In this document: one piece after another, positions 13,183-25,400 of the stretch
Layout: every line of letters starts with the position of its first letter
Numbering within the stretch: the first letter of the stretch is position 1
Origin: Raillietiella orientalis
Lineage: Eukaryota
Direction of reading: 5' to 3'
DNA length: 64,000 bases
NCBI GenBank assembly: GCA_036172245.1
Contig: JAYWIR010000001.1
Span: 7,006,001 to 7,070,000 of the forward strand
Translations under genes and position numbers: made by a program
Notes under the pieces: generated by a model
Databases searched by the model: none
Told to the model about the DNA's origin: nothing
The model's input: the letters and a program-made list of their open reading frames with translations, nothing else

Positions 13183-13573
13183 GTTCGGTCGGAACCCGGA
13201 TAGCAGCTACCCGTGATGCAGGATGCGACGATCCCGCTCGGGTCACCGTGGCTGCGGCTGGAGATCTACAATACTGCGAAGGACATCTGTCCGTCCGCGC
13301 TTCGTTTGGGAGCCTCCAGGGCTTCCGTTGCTTCCCTTGATTCGTTTCGACTGTTTCCGCACCATCCGTGGTGACTTGCAGTTTCGAGAAAGAAGCCATT
13401 TTCATCGCGGAGATGAGGAAGCTGAAAGCAGACGACAGGAACTCCACTGAGCGAAGCCGGTGATTCAGGGACTCCTTCGCAATGTTGTAGATCTCCAGCC
13501 GCAGCCACGGTGACCCGAGCGGGATCGTCGCATTCTGAATCACGGGTAGCTGCTGTCTGGGCTCCGATCGGAC
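13183..13573. repeat. 101-bp inverted repeat (arms 13183-13283 and 13473-13573, 189-nt spacer)
   Basis: Direct comparison gives 92/101 identity with a 49-bp perfect core; no target-site duplication seen. Confidence 0.95.
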
Positions 13574-16087
13574 AAACAAGCAAACGAACGAGTGTGTCTA
13601 AAGTGTCTAAAGAAGCACGAAAAAGAAGAATCAACGGACTTGACGGAGTCGGAAAGGTGACGCAAGCGACGAAAACTCTGCTAGGAACAGACGATGGACT
13701 TCTTCCAGGCAGAAAAAGAAGGACGAAAGAAAGCTCTGCAATCCCCGTTGGCCTCCTTCCTGTCGACCACACCAGAACTTGCAGTCGGGGGGAGCATCCC
13801 TCTACCAGGAGTACAGCAGTGACATGTAAAGTTCTGTTTGGTCAATGAATTCATCCCTCCGCTTGCCGGACCTGTGGAAAATGGATGAAAGCAGAGCAAG
13901 CAGCAGCACTTGAAATCAATCTGAACTGGGAGACTTGGTCGTTCGGATGATATAGTTCGGAGTAGACAGATGCCTGGTCAGCTGCGAGAAAGAAAATCGC
14001 ACACTCTCCTAAATGAGTGTTCTGTGATAAGAAAGGTCATGAGAAGCAGGCATGGGACGAATAGACTTTCGAGCATCTGTGCCGAAGGCGCTCTCAAGAT
14101 CCCGTGCCCAAGCTACCAAGCGGCCCTGTGCTCGCTGTGGCTGCTGCCTTCCGGCTTGCAACCCTTCCGAGATAACAGTGATGGAAATGATGGATGCACG
14201 AGAGCAAAAAACCGGTGAGTTTCCAAGCACCAGAGCAGGTAAGAGAAGACTTGTTCCGTTCACCGAGAGCGTCCCAAACGCGGACAACTTCCTATCAGGC
14301 GAACATTCATCTTCAGAGTGGTGGTTTTGAGTTTGAGCTCTGTTATCTGCACCCCACGTGAAAACTCCTCCAGGTTCCGGCTGCAGAGAGCAAACCCGAA
14401 GACAGCAAAAGAAGCATCATTGTGAAATGAAGGTTTTTTTTTTCAAGAGGGCGTGTCACAAATGGAGAGGGTGAAGGTGGCTGCGGTGTTGGCATGCACA
14501 TAGCGGGAGAGTCAAACGAAAGAGAAATTCTGTTATCTACAAGGACCCGAGGTACTCAGAAGAGGCGATTTCCGAGTGAAAGAGGGGAACAAGCAACAGA
14601 GATGATGTTCGGCCATCAATCGCCTTCGGAACTCATGGTCACTCTGAACCTGGGTTTCTGTCTTGGAACGTATTTACATGACTAATCTGGATTGCATGAT
14701 TGTGATTAATATGCAATCCAAATTAATCTTGTAGAGTCTCTGGTGATGGAGATATGAAAATGATGATCAAACAGAAACAAATTTACATTTTGCAAGGAAT
14801 AGTGATTCACTGTACTTGACACAATCCACAGTGTGATTTACTATACGAAGAATGTACCCGATTCAATTCGCCTCATCTGGAAGCATTGATGATGGTGAGG
14901 GCAGCATTTCATAATACACAGATAGCAGCAGCAGTTCTTTTCTTGTTTCTCGCTTTCTCTTCCCGAAGAACAGCATGCGAGTGGTCTCATGCATTTGCCC
15001 ACTTCTCTGTCTGTAATGCACATATCGGTCAGGGACTCCCTGATTTCTTTCTTAGACTGCATATTCGCTGATTAAAAATGTGCTTATGATTGGTACTCCA
15101 CCGCACGAAGAACTTCAAGCGCCACGGAAATATTCGCAGCTCCTCTCCCCCTCTCCCTGTCGCCACATTGCAGTTTTGATTTTTGCTGAGCGCTCCAGAA
15201 ATGACCATCACCCCGTGTTTGGTGCTCGTCGGGTTCGACTTGGAGGACAGCTGGCATGATGAACGCGAGTGCACGGGGAAAGAAAGAGACCTACACTCTT
15301 TCGAACCCACTTGGAAAGCTCCCCCACGTGCTGCTTTGAAATAAGCATGAGAAAAAGGAAGAAAGCTTGTCGAACGTGGCTCGTAGGAAACGTGATGTCA
15401 TCGCCTACTCCTGTTGTCTTGCAGGAATCCGCAGTCCCTCTCAGCATTTTTCTTGTTTTCAGATGACAGCTTTCGCACAGACTGCATTCTCGTCGCTACA
15501 TTAAAGTAACTGCTGCTGGCTATCATTTGGTCAGTTTATCGACTCTGTCTTGGCAACTCGGTGCCTCATGGGCATGGTGTCTTTGTGCGGGTCCGTGGGG
15601 GTCCGTTCCAGTCTTCGATCAGATCCTTCGGGATTTATGGGTGAGTCAACACCTTTTTCGTCTGTCTTGAAGAACTTGCTCTCCACGTCACGGTTGACAA
15701 CAACATAGCCTGATTGAAGTGCACAGCTGATTTTCTTATATTAATTCATTCATTTGGCACCCTTAGAACATCCAACGAAAGCACCAGCCTTCCCACAGTC
15801 CTGAAATTGATGTCGACCTGCCAACGAGTTATCGGGTACTTAAAATCAGCTCGATTTGCGGCCTCCGTACCGCCCAAAAGGAAAATGGGGAAAATCTACG
15901 AGGCTCACCATACAACCGGCTTATGTACCGATGTTCTGAAAATGATGCGTAGGATCACCTAAGGGGAACTCCCGGCTGCTACCGTGGTCCTGTAAAGGTT
16001 ACATGGGGGAGCATTGCAAGTGTGCTCGCGCACTACCTTGGTGCAAACCCTGGGGTCACGACTGATAGCATGAAAAGTTTCCGCTTC

Positions 16088-17367
16088 AGTGTCCTCGTGT
16101 ACATCCCAACGCTCGGTGTACACCACCAAGCAATGTCATGGCCGCCGTTCTGCCGAAAGACACGACCCAGTTCGGTCGAGGGAACAGTTCCTACGTCTGC
16201 CGGAGGAACCCAAATGAGGTCCTACAAGCGCGTAAGGAATAGCACTAGGAGCATGCGACTCGGTGCGGCGTCTTCTTTGGCCACAGAAAGAATTGGCGGC
16301 GGTTCGCACGATGCGTGTCTTTCTGGATGTATAGAGCTTTCTCCCTGCTCCTTTGATATGATTCACTTTGTTTAACTACGGGTGAATGGGATGGAGTGCG
16401 CGCGCCCCCAACGAATGCCACTTGGCTTTTATGAATCAAGCGCGCACTCGAATATCATTGAGTTATTGGATTTCCCTGGGGTTTTTTGGAGACCTCTCGG
16501 GATTTGCCGGTGGCATGTCATGCCTGTGAGAGGCGGCTCTCGCGCAGGGCAGTCGATGCAAGTCGGTGGCACTCTACGTGGCTCTGCTGCTGGCAAAGTT
16601 CAGAGCAGCAACTTTTTTCCAACGTTGCCCATTTTTGTCATTCGGTTTACAGGTTGTCGCATGTTTGACATTCTACCTTGAAAATAAATCAGTTGTTCAA
16701 AAATGTTGCCACTTTTTTTAGGCAGCACACGCGTCACGTGGTACACCGTGATGTTGTCGCTAGATGGTTACTGATTTTTTGGCGGCGAGAAATTTTTGGT
16801 TTACCTACGCCGTTCCAGAATTCCCTTCCGCCGTCCTAAAGGCCATGATGGCGTCTCGGGATGAATTTGGCTTGTCGGTGTGTACATGGCTATACGTATC
16901 CTAGGGAAGGGATGCCCGTTCTTAGAAAGGGGCGACGTCGTGACTTAACAAACGTCAGCTTCGGATGAACACATTGTAAGATGAAAAGAGCACGCTCGAA
17001 GGCACGGATCAAGGCGCATGAGGTCCTTTTTGTTTTCCGTTTTACCACCTACGCACAAGTGGAGGGTGCCAGGACCGTCTCAATAAATAAAACTAATGAT
17101 TTGCTCGCCTTCTCTGAAGAAAATGGAAAGTTGCAGCAAACTGAGGTGATGCAAAGACCTCCGAGTGCACGACAAAACCCACTAAGTGTCGTGGTGTGCA
17201 TCCCGACGCTCGGTGGTGTACACCACCAGGCAGTGTCGTAGCCGCCGTTCTGCCGAAAGACACGACCCAGTTCGGTCGCGGGGACAGTTTCTACGTCTGC
17301 CGGAGGAACCCAAATGAGGTCCTACAAGCGCGTAAGGAATAGCACTAGGAGCATGCGACTCGGTGCA
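16088..17367 (+). repeat. ~180-bp direct repeat pair (16088-16267, 17185-17367), possibly a hAT transposase C-terminal remnant
   Basis: Anchor gccgccgttctgccgaaagacacg at 16141 and 17241 (offset 1100). Translation YKRVRNSTRSMRL and the upstream LKLMSTCQRVIGYLKS weakly resemble hAT transposase. Confidence 0.9.
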
Positions 17368-18633
17368 GCCGCGTCGTGAGTGTGCGTTTTGCACTTCTGT
17401 TCCTCCAGTGAAAGTTTGTGCTTTCTTCCATGAGATTCAACTCGGCGCTCGACGCCCATCTGCTGTTTCGACCGATGCGTGCGAGTTGAACAAACATAAA
17501 GTGAAGGCAAGTTCGAAAGCAAACTTTTCTTTCAACGTGAAGCGCGAGAGCGGCCAAAAATCAAGTGGGGAATCTGCCTTTCATCTGCTTGGTGCTCCTC
17601 AGACGGAACACAAGAAAGATGGAACACGGAAGAGATCGAATGATGCGGATGAGCACCACGAATGACCGTAGGAAGCTTGAAAGGCTTTGCCATACCTCCC
17701 GGCGGTGCCGCTGTCTCAGGGTCAGAATCGGTAACAAAAACAGAAACACGGATTGAACTCTTGGTGGGCGTTACTCAACCAACGATCGCAACGGGGGATG
17801 GTCGCGAAGAAGAAAACTTGTCTGCGCAACGGGCAATGTCCCGCAGAAGAACCAGCTTTCTGGAAGAAACATCCGATTTGCTTCAACGGAGGCATGGTCA
17901 TCAGCTTCAGCTGCTCGCCGTTGCGTCCGAAGCACACCAGAGAAGCGACACCGCAGAATTTGACGGGAGACGGATTGATTGAATCGAACGGACGTGCTTC
18001 TTTGCAGGTCGGAGGCGAGCCAGAGTTCTCAGGGCGTAGTGTGCACGATGCACGCAACACCTGCGTTGTCACGACATGCTTAGCGCTCGTGTGAAGACAA
18101 AGGCAAAAAGGAAAAGAGACCACGAAACCTTCCCTGGGCTGGCTGCTAGAAGAAGAGGATTCTCGTGCCAGCCTGTTACCGAGGAAACCCCGAGAACTTG
18201 GTCGCTGCACCTGGCCCACCGATTCCCGGAACAATGGCGCGCTTCCGGTGCGGTCGTGGGATTCGCGTACTACAGAAATCAGTCGCTCGAAAAGCCTGCC
18301 GTTTCCTTGCACATCACTCGCCCTATTTTGCCTGCAAATCCGGGACAAGCCGCTGGCCATGGGAAAAGTTCGCTCCGTCGTATGCAAAAGTAGATGCACT
18401 TCAGCCTCCTTTGTAGCACGGGATGATCTATGAGAACAAAAGCAGCGATCGGTCTTTCTGGGACTGTTTTACTCTGATTGTCTGGATCCAGGAGCCCCGG
18501 TTCTTTTTCAAAGTTCCTGCAGATACGTACGTGGCCAGGTATGGAGACTCCAGGTAGCCTTGAGATTCTGCATTGGCATGCGAAAACGGGAAGACGGGAA
18601 GGACCCCAGTTCTCTAGGTATAACCATATACTA

Positions 18634-19050
18634 CGAGGCTCATTTCAAAAGAGCGTATCGGATATAAAGAAAGAATAAATAAGAGAAACAAAGATGCATT
18701 CGGGAAAGACTCTTTTATCACCCATCTCACGGTCCTGACCTCGAGCCCAGTGACCACCACGTCTCCCTTCCTGCACCTAAAGAATTGGCTTGCATCTCAA
18801 CGATCCGAGAAATGTGGGGAGTTGAAAACTGCAGTGCTGCTGAACTGGCTGGACCTTCAGGCGGCGGATTTGGATGCGGAGGGGTTCAAAAAGCTTCTTC
18901 CACGGTATCAAAAGTGTTTGGGGGAAAAAGATGGTGCCTAGGTAGAAAAATGGCATGGGGATGTATGAACTTGAGAACTTACGAATACACCTTTGTTTCT
19001 CTTATTTGTTCTTTCTTTATATCCGACACGCCCTTTTGAAATGCGCCTCG
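18634..19050 (+). mobile_element. Internally deleted mariner element
   Basis: ~69-bp TIRs (6 mismatches) flanked by TA at 18632-33 and 19051-52. Interior encodes HPSHGPDLEPSD (YSPDLAPSD) and FLHLKNWLASQR...KLLPRYQKCL...VEK of the mariner transposase C-terminus. Confidence 0.92.
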
Positions 19051-20227
19051 TACAAGCCTGTTAAAAGAATGGCAGGACGGTGTTTCCGTCCTGCCTCTCA
19101 GCTCGTAGGAAATGCTGAGGGTATGCAGGCTGTGAGCTCAGCTCGGGGCGGTCGGGACGTATTTCCTGGCTGGAGAAACTTCGGAAGTGAAGAAAATGAT
19201 CAGATCGATACCGGCCAGCGCTTCCTTACCAAAGAGGGGTTAACCTTCCAAGATCACAGCAACAGATTACACTCACGCTAACGCGAAGTAAACGTGCAGA
19301 CTCTTAGTTCAACTCCCCAGACGAATCACTCCAACTGAATGATCTCTCACACACCTTCTTCTCCTGGATATTGAGGAGCACTTGACGAAGCCGGTACAGA
19401 AGGATCTGCCTGTTAGGACAGCTGCTGAAATCTTGTTCTGGCAGTTTTAAACATGTCTCTGAGCAACTACTTTCTTCACTATAGAAAATCCGAGTCCTTT
19501 TTGTTCTTCGGATATTGATGCTGCGATCTTTGTGGCGAAAGTGTTTGGTACTTTCTTCCTCATGCTATCTTGATTTCCACCGTTAGCGCTGCGATTTCCG
19601 TAATTTGCCTGTCGGGCATGCAATGATATTTGGATGGCCACAGGAACTCGAATTGCAATAACTCAACGCAGCAACTCCTTGCAGTTTGCCTTCAGCAGCT
19701 TCTCTTTCTTTTATTTTGCTCTTCTTTTTTGTTAGAAAAAAATCTCCCTAGATGATATCCCCATCCCTTCCGAGCAGCAATGATGCGTGTGCTTTATGAG
19801 TCCAAGATCGCAAGTGGACATTCAAAATCCAGATCTCACCAAATTCTCTTCCTGGGAAAACAGATATCTTCGTTTTCCTATGAATCCAAAGATAGTTTTC
19901 AAGCTACTTAAGATACATGCATGTAAATTATATCTGCCCATATCTGCTCTTCCCTTTTGCATTTAGGTATTCGACTGAGAGCTATACTTCTGAGCGCGAA
20001 TCCTCACTCTCCCTCCCCCCTCCCCATTCATTCGCAATCATTCAGAGAACGCGTATGCCCACTTCTCCCTCTTGGAGATCGTATGGCCTGGGACCGTTTC
20101 GTAGGGAACATTCTCCAAGTGCTCCAAAGCGATCTTTTTCGAATCCACAAGTACTAGAAATTTTTTCGACAGCATCCTGGATGTTTCAATCTATCGAATT
20201 CTAATGTTTTCAATTACGCATGAATGT

Positions 20228-20229
<2 letters not shown>

Positions 20230-20271
<42 letters not shown>
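20230..20271. repeat. (GT)n microsatellite
   Basis: About 21 perfect dinucleotide units. Confidence 0.98.
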
Positions 20272-20273
<2 letters not shown>

Positions 20274-20687
20274 CATTTTCCGATAACTTCTTGAATCAGA
20301 AAGGCCGGATGTGTTTCTGAATCATCAGTGCTCTTTCATCTGTTGCAGATGCGTGAAATTCTCGAATGCACGATCGAGAGATGATAACGCGATTGCGCGT
20401 CCTACAATTTCCGTGACAACGTGATGTAAATTGAATGTCAAGACAACAGATGGAATATTGAAGTGCACAATGACAAAAATTTACTACAAATATCTGAATA
20501 AAATAATCAAAAACGTCGTCAAAAAGGCAGGAAAAAAATCCATCAGGGAACGGCATTCGAAGAATGAAACGCTTCGATTGATGAGGTTCAGGGTTTGTCC
20601 TCTTAGGTGTGATCGGCAATGCTCCAAGATGTGGCTTCTTTCTTCTTTCTGCTCTTCTGAAATGATTTGCTACAATTACAAGTTCAC

Positions 20688-20721
20688 CCCCATCCCCATC
20701 CCCATCCCCATCCCCATCCCC
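20688..20721. repeat. (CCCCAT)n short tandem repeat
   Basis: About 5.5 hexamer units. Confidence 0.9.
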
Positions 20722-21499
20722 CCAGCCAGCCAGGTTCAAAAACGTGCTGAACCGAACGTGTGCATCTTTCGCGCAATGCTCTCCTGTACGATGCCCGAGT
20801 GCCCCTACAAGTGCTTTATGCTTCATCTCTTCTCTGTTTCTATCGCTGGAGAAGTTACGGTGGCGAACTCCCCCCAGGCAGGGCAGGACCGGGGAACTGG
20901 GCGGCAAAAATGATAAATCGGTTCTGCCCGTGGTTGCTCCTTCCGAACGCAAGAATTTCGCTGCCACCTTCGTGATTTTGCCAATAGTTCGGAACATCAA
21001 ATAACGGAAATCAAACGACAGTGTCTGAGCAAATAAATGAAAAATGTGAATCAATTGCTTCGTTTTGGACAACAAATCGCTCATTTAGTAGGTAAACGTG
21101 GAACGAAAGTGCATGCACGTGCGGTTCCACTTTGGCCCCTTCTCACTCTTCCTTCTCGGGCACAATTTCGGCAGAACGAGAAGTTTCAGTTGGTGCAACT
21201 GGTGTTACGGAAAACGGTGCTCATCTCGTTGACACGCATGGGTTTCGTATGCCATTTGCTTACCGCAAACAAACTCAAAGCATCGAATACGGTAAACATA
21301 AACAAAGAGCGTACCTAATGCATTGTACAATACGTGAAGCTTTTATACAGAAAGAAGCAAAGGAATGACTTTATTAGAAGCAACAGCCTGCTCTCTTTTT
21401 CCAAGTGGTGCAGACAAATCGGTCCTTGATGGTTCCTCCTCCTCGATAATAGACGAGGTTCCTCAATGCTTCGTTCAAAACGGAGTGTGTTAGACACGT

Positions 21500-22222
21500 T
21501 CGTGCGTCTTCAGCTGTCGAGAGCAAAGTAAGAATTTGCATAGGCAAGACCGTGCACGTAGTGGTTGAGATGGGCAAATGAAGATGCTGAACGGAGCAAG
21601 AGCCAGGGCAGAAACTTCAAGGTGCACGGAAACTCTTCTGAATTGCGTTCGCGGTGAATGCCTGCGTGGCGGCTCCCATGCTCTTTCAAACCCAACCGAT
21701 GCCAACCTTCGATGGCATCCCCTGCCTGCTGCGCCCCCGGCTCACAGCTTATAGTTTCGAAATCGATCAGGAGATTCGTATGAGCAGATTCCTTCGAATA
21801 GGCAAGTGGCTTCTTGTCCGCGATTTTATCTATTCGGCTTCTTCTGCTGCCGTGAACTTGAATGAAGTTTTCGCTTGTTCTCGGTTTCAAAGAGCCGTTG
21901 ACTCGAGCTTCTCGGAAGCCCCTGCCTGCGTCTTGAAGTGCCACATATCCTTCTTGTGTCTCGTGCACTTTCGCAATAACCATACTATGGCAAACATCCT
22001 GGTGCAGTTCGCAAGAGAACAGATCACCTTGAATAGATTCTTGAGCGATAGTGAGTAGTTCTGAGAGCTCAAGGCTCTGATAATCATGTAATCGAAACTT
22101 TTTTCCACTTGTGTGTGCTTTAGTTGCCGCAGGTATCCTCTTTGCTCCATTCCTTCCGCGTGCCGATGACGCACCACTGCACGGGAAAGAGATGCTGTGC
22201 GTTCATTTGGCATTCCATCCAC
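21500..22222 (-). pseudogene. Probable decayed C-terminal TOG domain of the TOGARAM gene
   Basis: EGMEQ...VEKSFDYMIIRALSSQNYSLSLKNLFKVICSL resembles TOGARAM TOG4 (NGIKQ...VKIFDAFKSRLHDSN...LETMHKMIPLL), and VNGSLKPRTSENF resembles LNGKAKQDMTEKL, but the two are in different frames. Confidence 0.45.
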
Positions 22223-22441
22223 TACTCTTTCTTCTTTGGGAACGAGCGTTCACACAAAGTGAACTCTTTCGGAATTTTTGCATTTTTGCATCGGGGTGAA
22301 ATTCCCCCGGAACTTTCCTCGAAGGTATGGAAAATGATTCGCTCTGAGTATCTCATCATGTGCGTTCTTTCAGTTGCTTGGATGCGATCAAGATACCTTA
22401 TTGCTCGGGAAGCACGGCAGTAAGCTCGATGCCTACTTGCG

Positions 22442-25400
22442 TCATCGAAATGTGCTCTGCGGAAACGGGCGTATCCAGAGCACAAAATTCAGTTCCTGCA
22501 GGGACTCGATCCAGAACACCTACATGTTAAACCGCTAGGGATAAGAGGTAAGCGTGTGTGATAAACGTCTACCATACTGCTCTCAGGGGCAAACTCAGTA
22601 CGAAATCGTGACTGCCGGTCTTTAAAAGTACACTTACTGCGCTCTGAATTTCATTCAGTATTCTTTCGATAGAGGCTGCAGTGCTCCGAGAGACAAAGCG
22701 GTTCATAGAGGCGTCGAATCGAGGATGACTAATCAGGAGATGGAAAATTTCCTTTGCATTATTTCTGGAAAAGAAACAAAGAAAAAAAAAAGCACCGAAT
22801 AGCGTTTCCAACATGAAAAGCAAGTTTCTAGTCAAATAAAAAGGAGGGAAGAAAAAAAAAACAGTCGCAGATTGGTTTATTCAGATTGTCCCGATGGCAG
22901 CTTGTTGGGAAATAAGCTGACGTCTTCCACTGGGCATTTCGTGATGGCGTACTTTTTTAGAACACTTCGAGCGAATGAATTTCACACTCATCCTTTCCCA
23001 CACTCGGAAAAGTCTCTTCCTCAAACAGTGTCCAGATAAACGCAAACTGCCTGGTAAGCCGAGCATCTACGGATATGCTCTCAAAGTGCAAAAGCTCCCT
23101 TCTTCTTGCTCACGCTTCCTTTAATCTTGAAATGTTTTCAAATAATTAGCTGCATCAGGAAATTGGAATCTCCTTTTCATCCCTTACCGGATTTTAACCC
23201 ATGGGGAAGAATCGAAAAAGTGCATCTCAATGTTTTTTCTCTCTCTCTCTCTCTCTTTCCAAGCGATCTGACCTCTTCCCTAGAGAACAGTTGGCAGTCA
23301 CGAGTATCTTTTTAGGACTCCTCAAAAATGAACCTTCAGAAGTGCTGAAAGTTTCCGAATGCCTCAAAACCGATGCTTGTATCGGCTTTGAAAATATATT
23401 TTTTTTTTTCCTCTGAAGAGACAGAAGAAATACGCGCGTCATGAGTACAAAGGCTTTCCAGAGTTCCTTTATGCCACCGATTTGCATTCTTCAAGCATTC
23501 GTGTCCACGGTGAAAGGGAAGGAGTAAAAAGAACGGATTTCCTTGTAACTTTTCGAATAACTGCTTGTCAAAGGGTTGTACAAATCACAAACTAGAGTGC
23601 TTAAGATGCTAGCTACTGGAACCGATAGATTTTGGATTCAAGGAAATGGGAAAAGTATGCTTGGAGTCGGGGGCTGGTATGTGCATTGAAGAAAGAAGAT
23701 CGGTAGCAGACCGTGTGTGCAATGCAATGCATTCCTCCGATTGATGAAAGAACAGTATCTCTTAAAGTGTTGGCGAATTTTCTAGAAATTTCGGACGAAT
23801 CGCCGCTCTGATAAAGTTCCCTGCTCCGTTTCGCAGATTCGGTTCTTACTTCTTTCCGTTTCTCACCGTTTCTTTTCTCTTTGTTACTTCTGAAGGGTTT
23901 GTTCCCCTCCCCACCCCCTTCCCTATTTTTCCGGTTCCTGTTAAACGGAGCCGAGTGTCCCCGTCCTCCCAGGCAAAAATATTTTTCCACATCATGGTTT
24001 TCCCTGTGAAAACGATGTCTGGGTTTTTATAAACAGCTCCAGCACATCCACGAACCCTGAGATTTCTAAAATTCTACATTTCTCGCTGTTCAAATATACA
24101 AGACGCTTAGCGTCCTTCCCAGTATTTGTTCCTGTTTCTTGGTTGTTTTGCTTGTTTTCTGTCTTCTCTAGCTTGCGATACTTACAAAAAACTTCTTTCA
24201 TCAAAGATCATGGCAACAGTTTCCTAGAGCTCTTCTTTCACCTAAGAAACTCGAAAGAATCTCTTCTTAATGGGAGAAACTTTTTCACTGAAAACCGGAT
24301 AATGAGCTAAAGGTGGGAAGATGGAAAACCGTCAACGACTTATGTTGAATGAGTGAGAGGAAATGACCCCCACAAGCCAAGCAAACGACAACCGGGTCAA
24401 ATCGAGTTGGTATGATTGATCGCAAGTTTAAGCAGCTACGGCTAAGAAACAGATCATCGCGAGCCAGATGGGATTTCGGATCCGCCGTGATTTTCCCGAT
24501 GTCGGACCTAAAAGGCCTTACATAATTTAGAGGCAGTACATAATTCCTGAAACATGGACTGCCTTTTCCCTCGTCACGTGACTTCCCGACCTCTGGAATA
24601 CCCATGCTAAATACGCGATTCCGCACAACGTTCCTCAGTGAAATGAGATGGCGACTCCTCCTCGAAAGAGTGAAGACAATTTGACCGTGAACATTCGGAT
24701 GGAGAGACAAAGTTGCTTTCTACGCTGAAGACTCCGAAGAACGTGCAACTGGGAGGATATGATACAATAAACAGAATGAACCGCCACTTGGGACAAACAC
24801 AAACATCTCGAACTGGTAATCGGTAATGGATATGTGTAGGAATCATCTCTTTCCGATAGAAAACTCAAATGACTGAAAACTTGCTCGACTCGCTCCCCAT
24901 GGTGCAGACCTTGAAGAAGATTGCAGTCATCATTTCTGTGTGCAGACCGTCACCTTAGAAAGAATCTTCATCTTTTCCACTTTTCCATGGACTTGGAGCA
25001 TCTCTGTAAGCATCTTCGTATCACTCGCTTATTAAAGAAATGTATAGCAGGCTGGTCCAGCCAGTGGAAGAAAGGAGCGACTGGTAGGTGGTACGACTAC
25101 GTCCACGAGTGAGAATCAAGCACGCCTGCCCACTGCCTACGCATCCCAACGTTTGATCTAGAACAGCAAGGCAGCCTCAGTAAACTCAGAAACCGAAACT
25201 CAAACTCATCCCAGAGCCACGTGCTCAGCACTACTCCCGGTTTGAGTCAGAAAGAGAACGAAATGTTGCGCATCTCAAAACAACTAACCAGCCGAAAGCC
25301 TAATCACCTCTTCAGCTGTTCGCTCTTTTACATTCTGTTGTGTATTCCTTCTACTAAAGCTGAAGATACACCGGCACTAGATTGTAGGGCTCCGAAAATG

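Noticed and set aside
16090-17367. TRIM or mini-LTR retrotransposon
   Set aside because: TG...CA ends are only partial; no PBS, polypurine tract or TSD.
17722-18399. 225-aa minus-strand ORF with faint OTU or neprilysin-like words
   Set aside because: Motif spacing is wrong and catalytic residues are absent.
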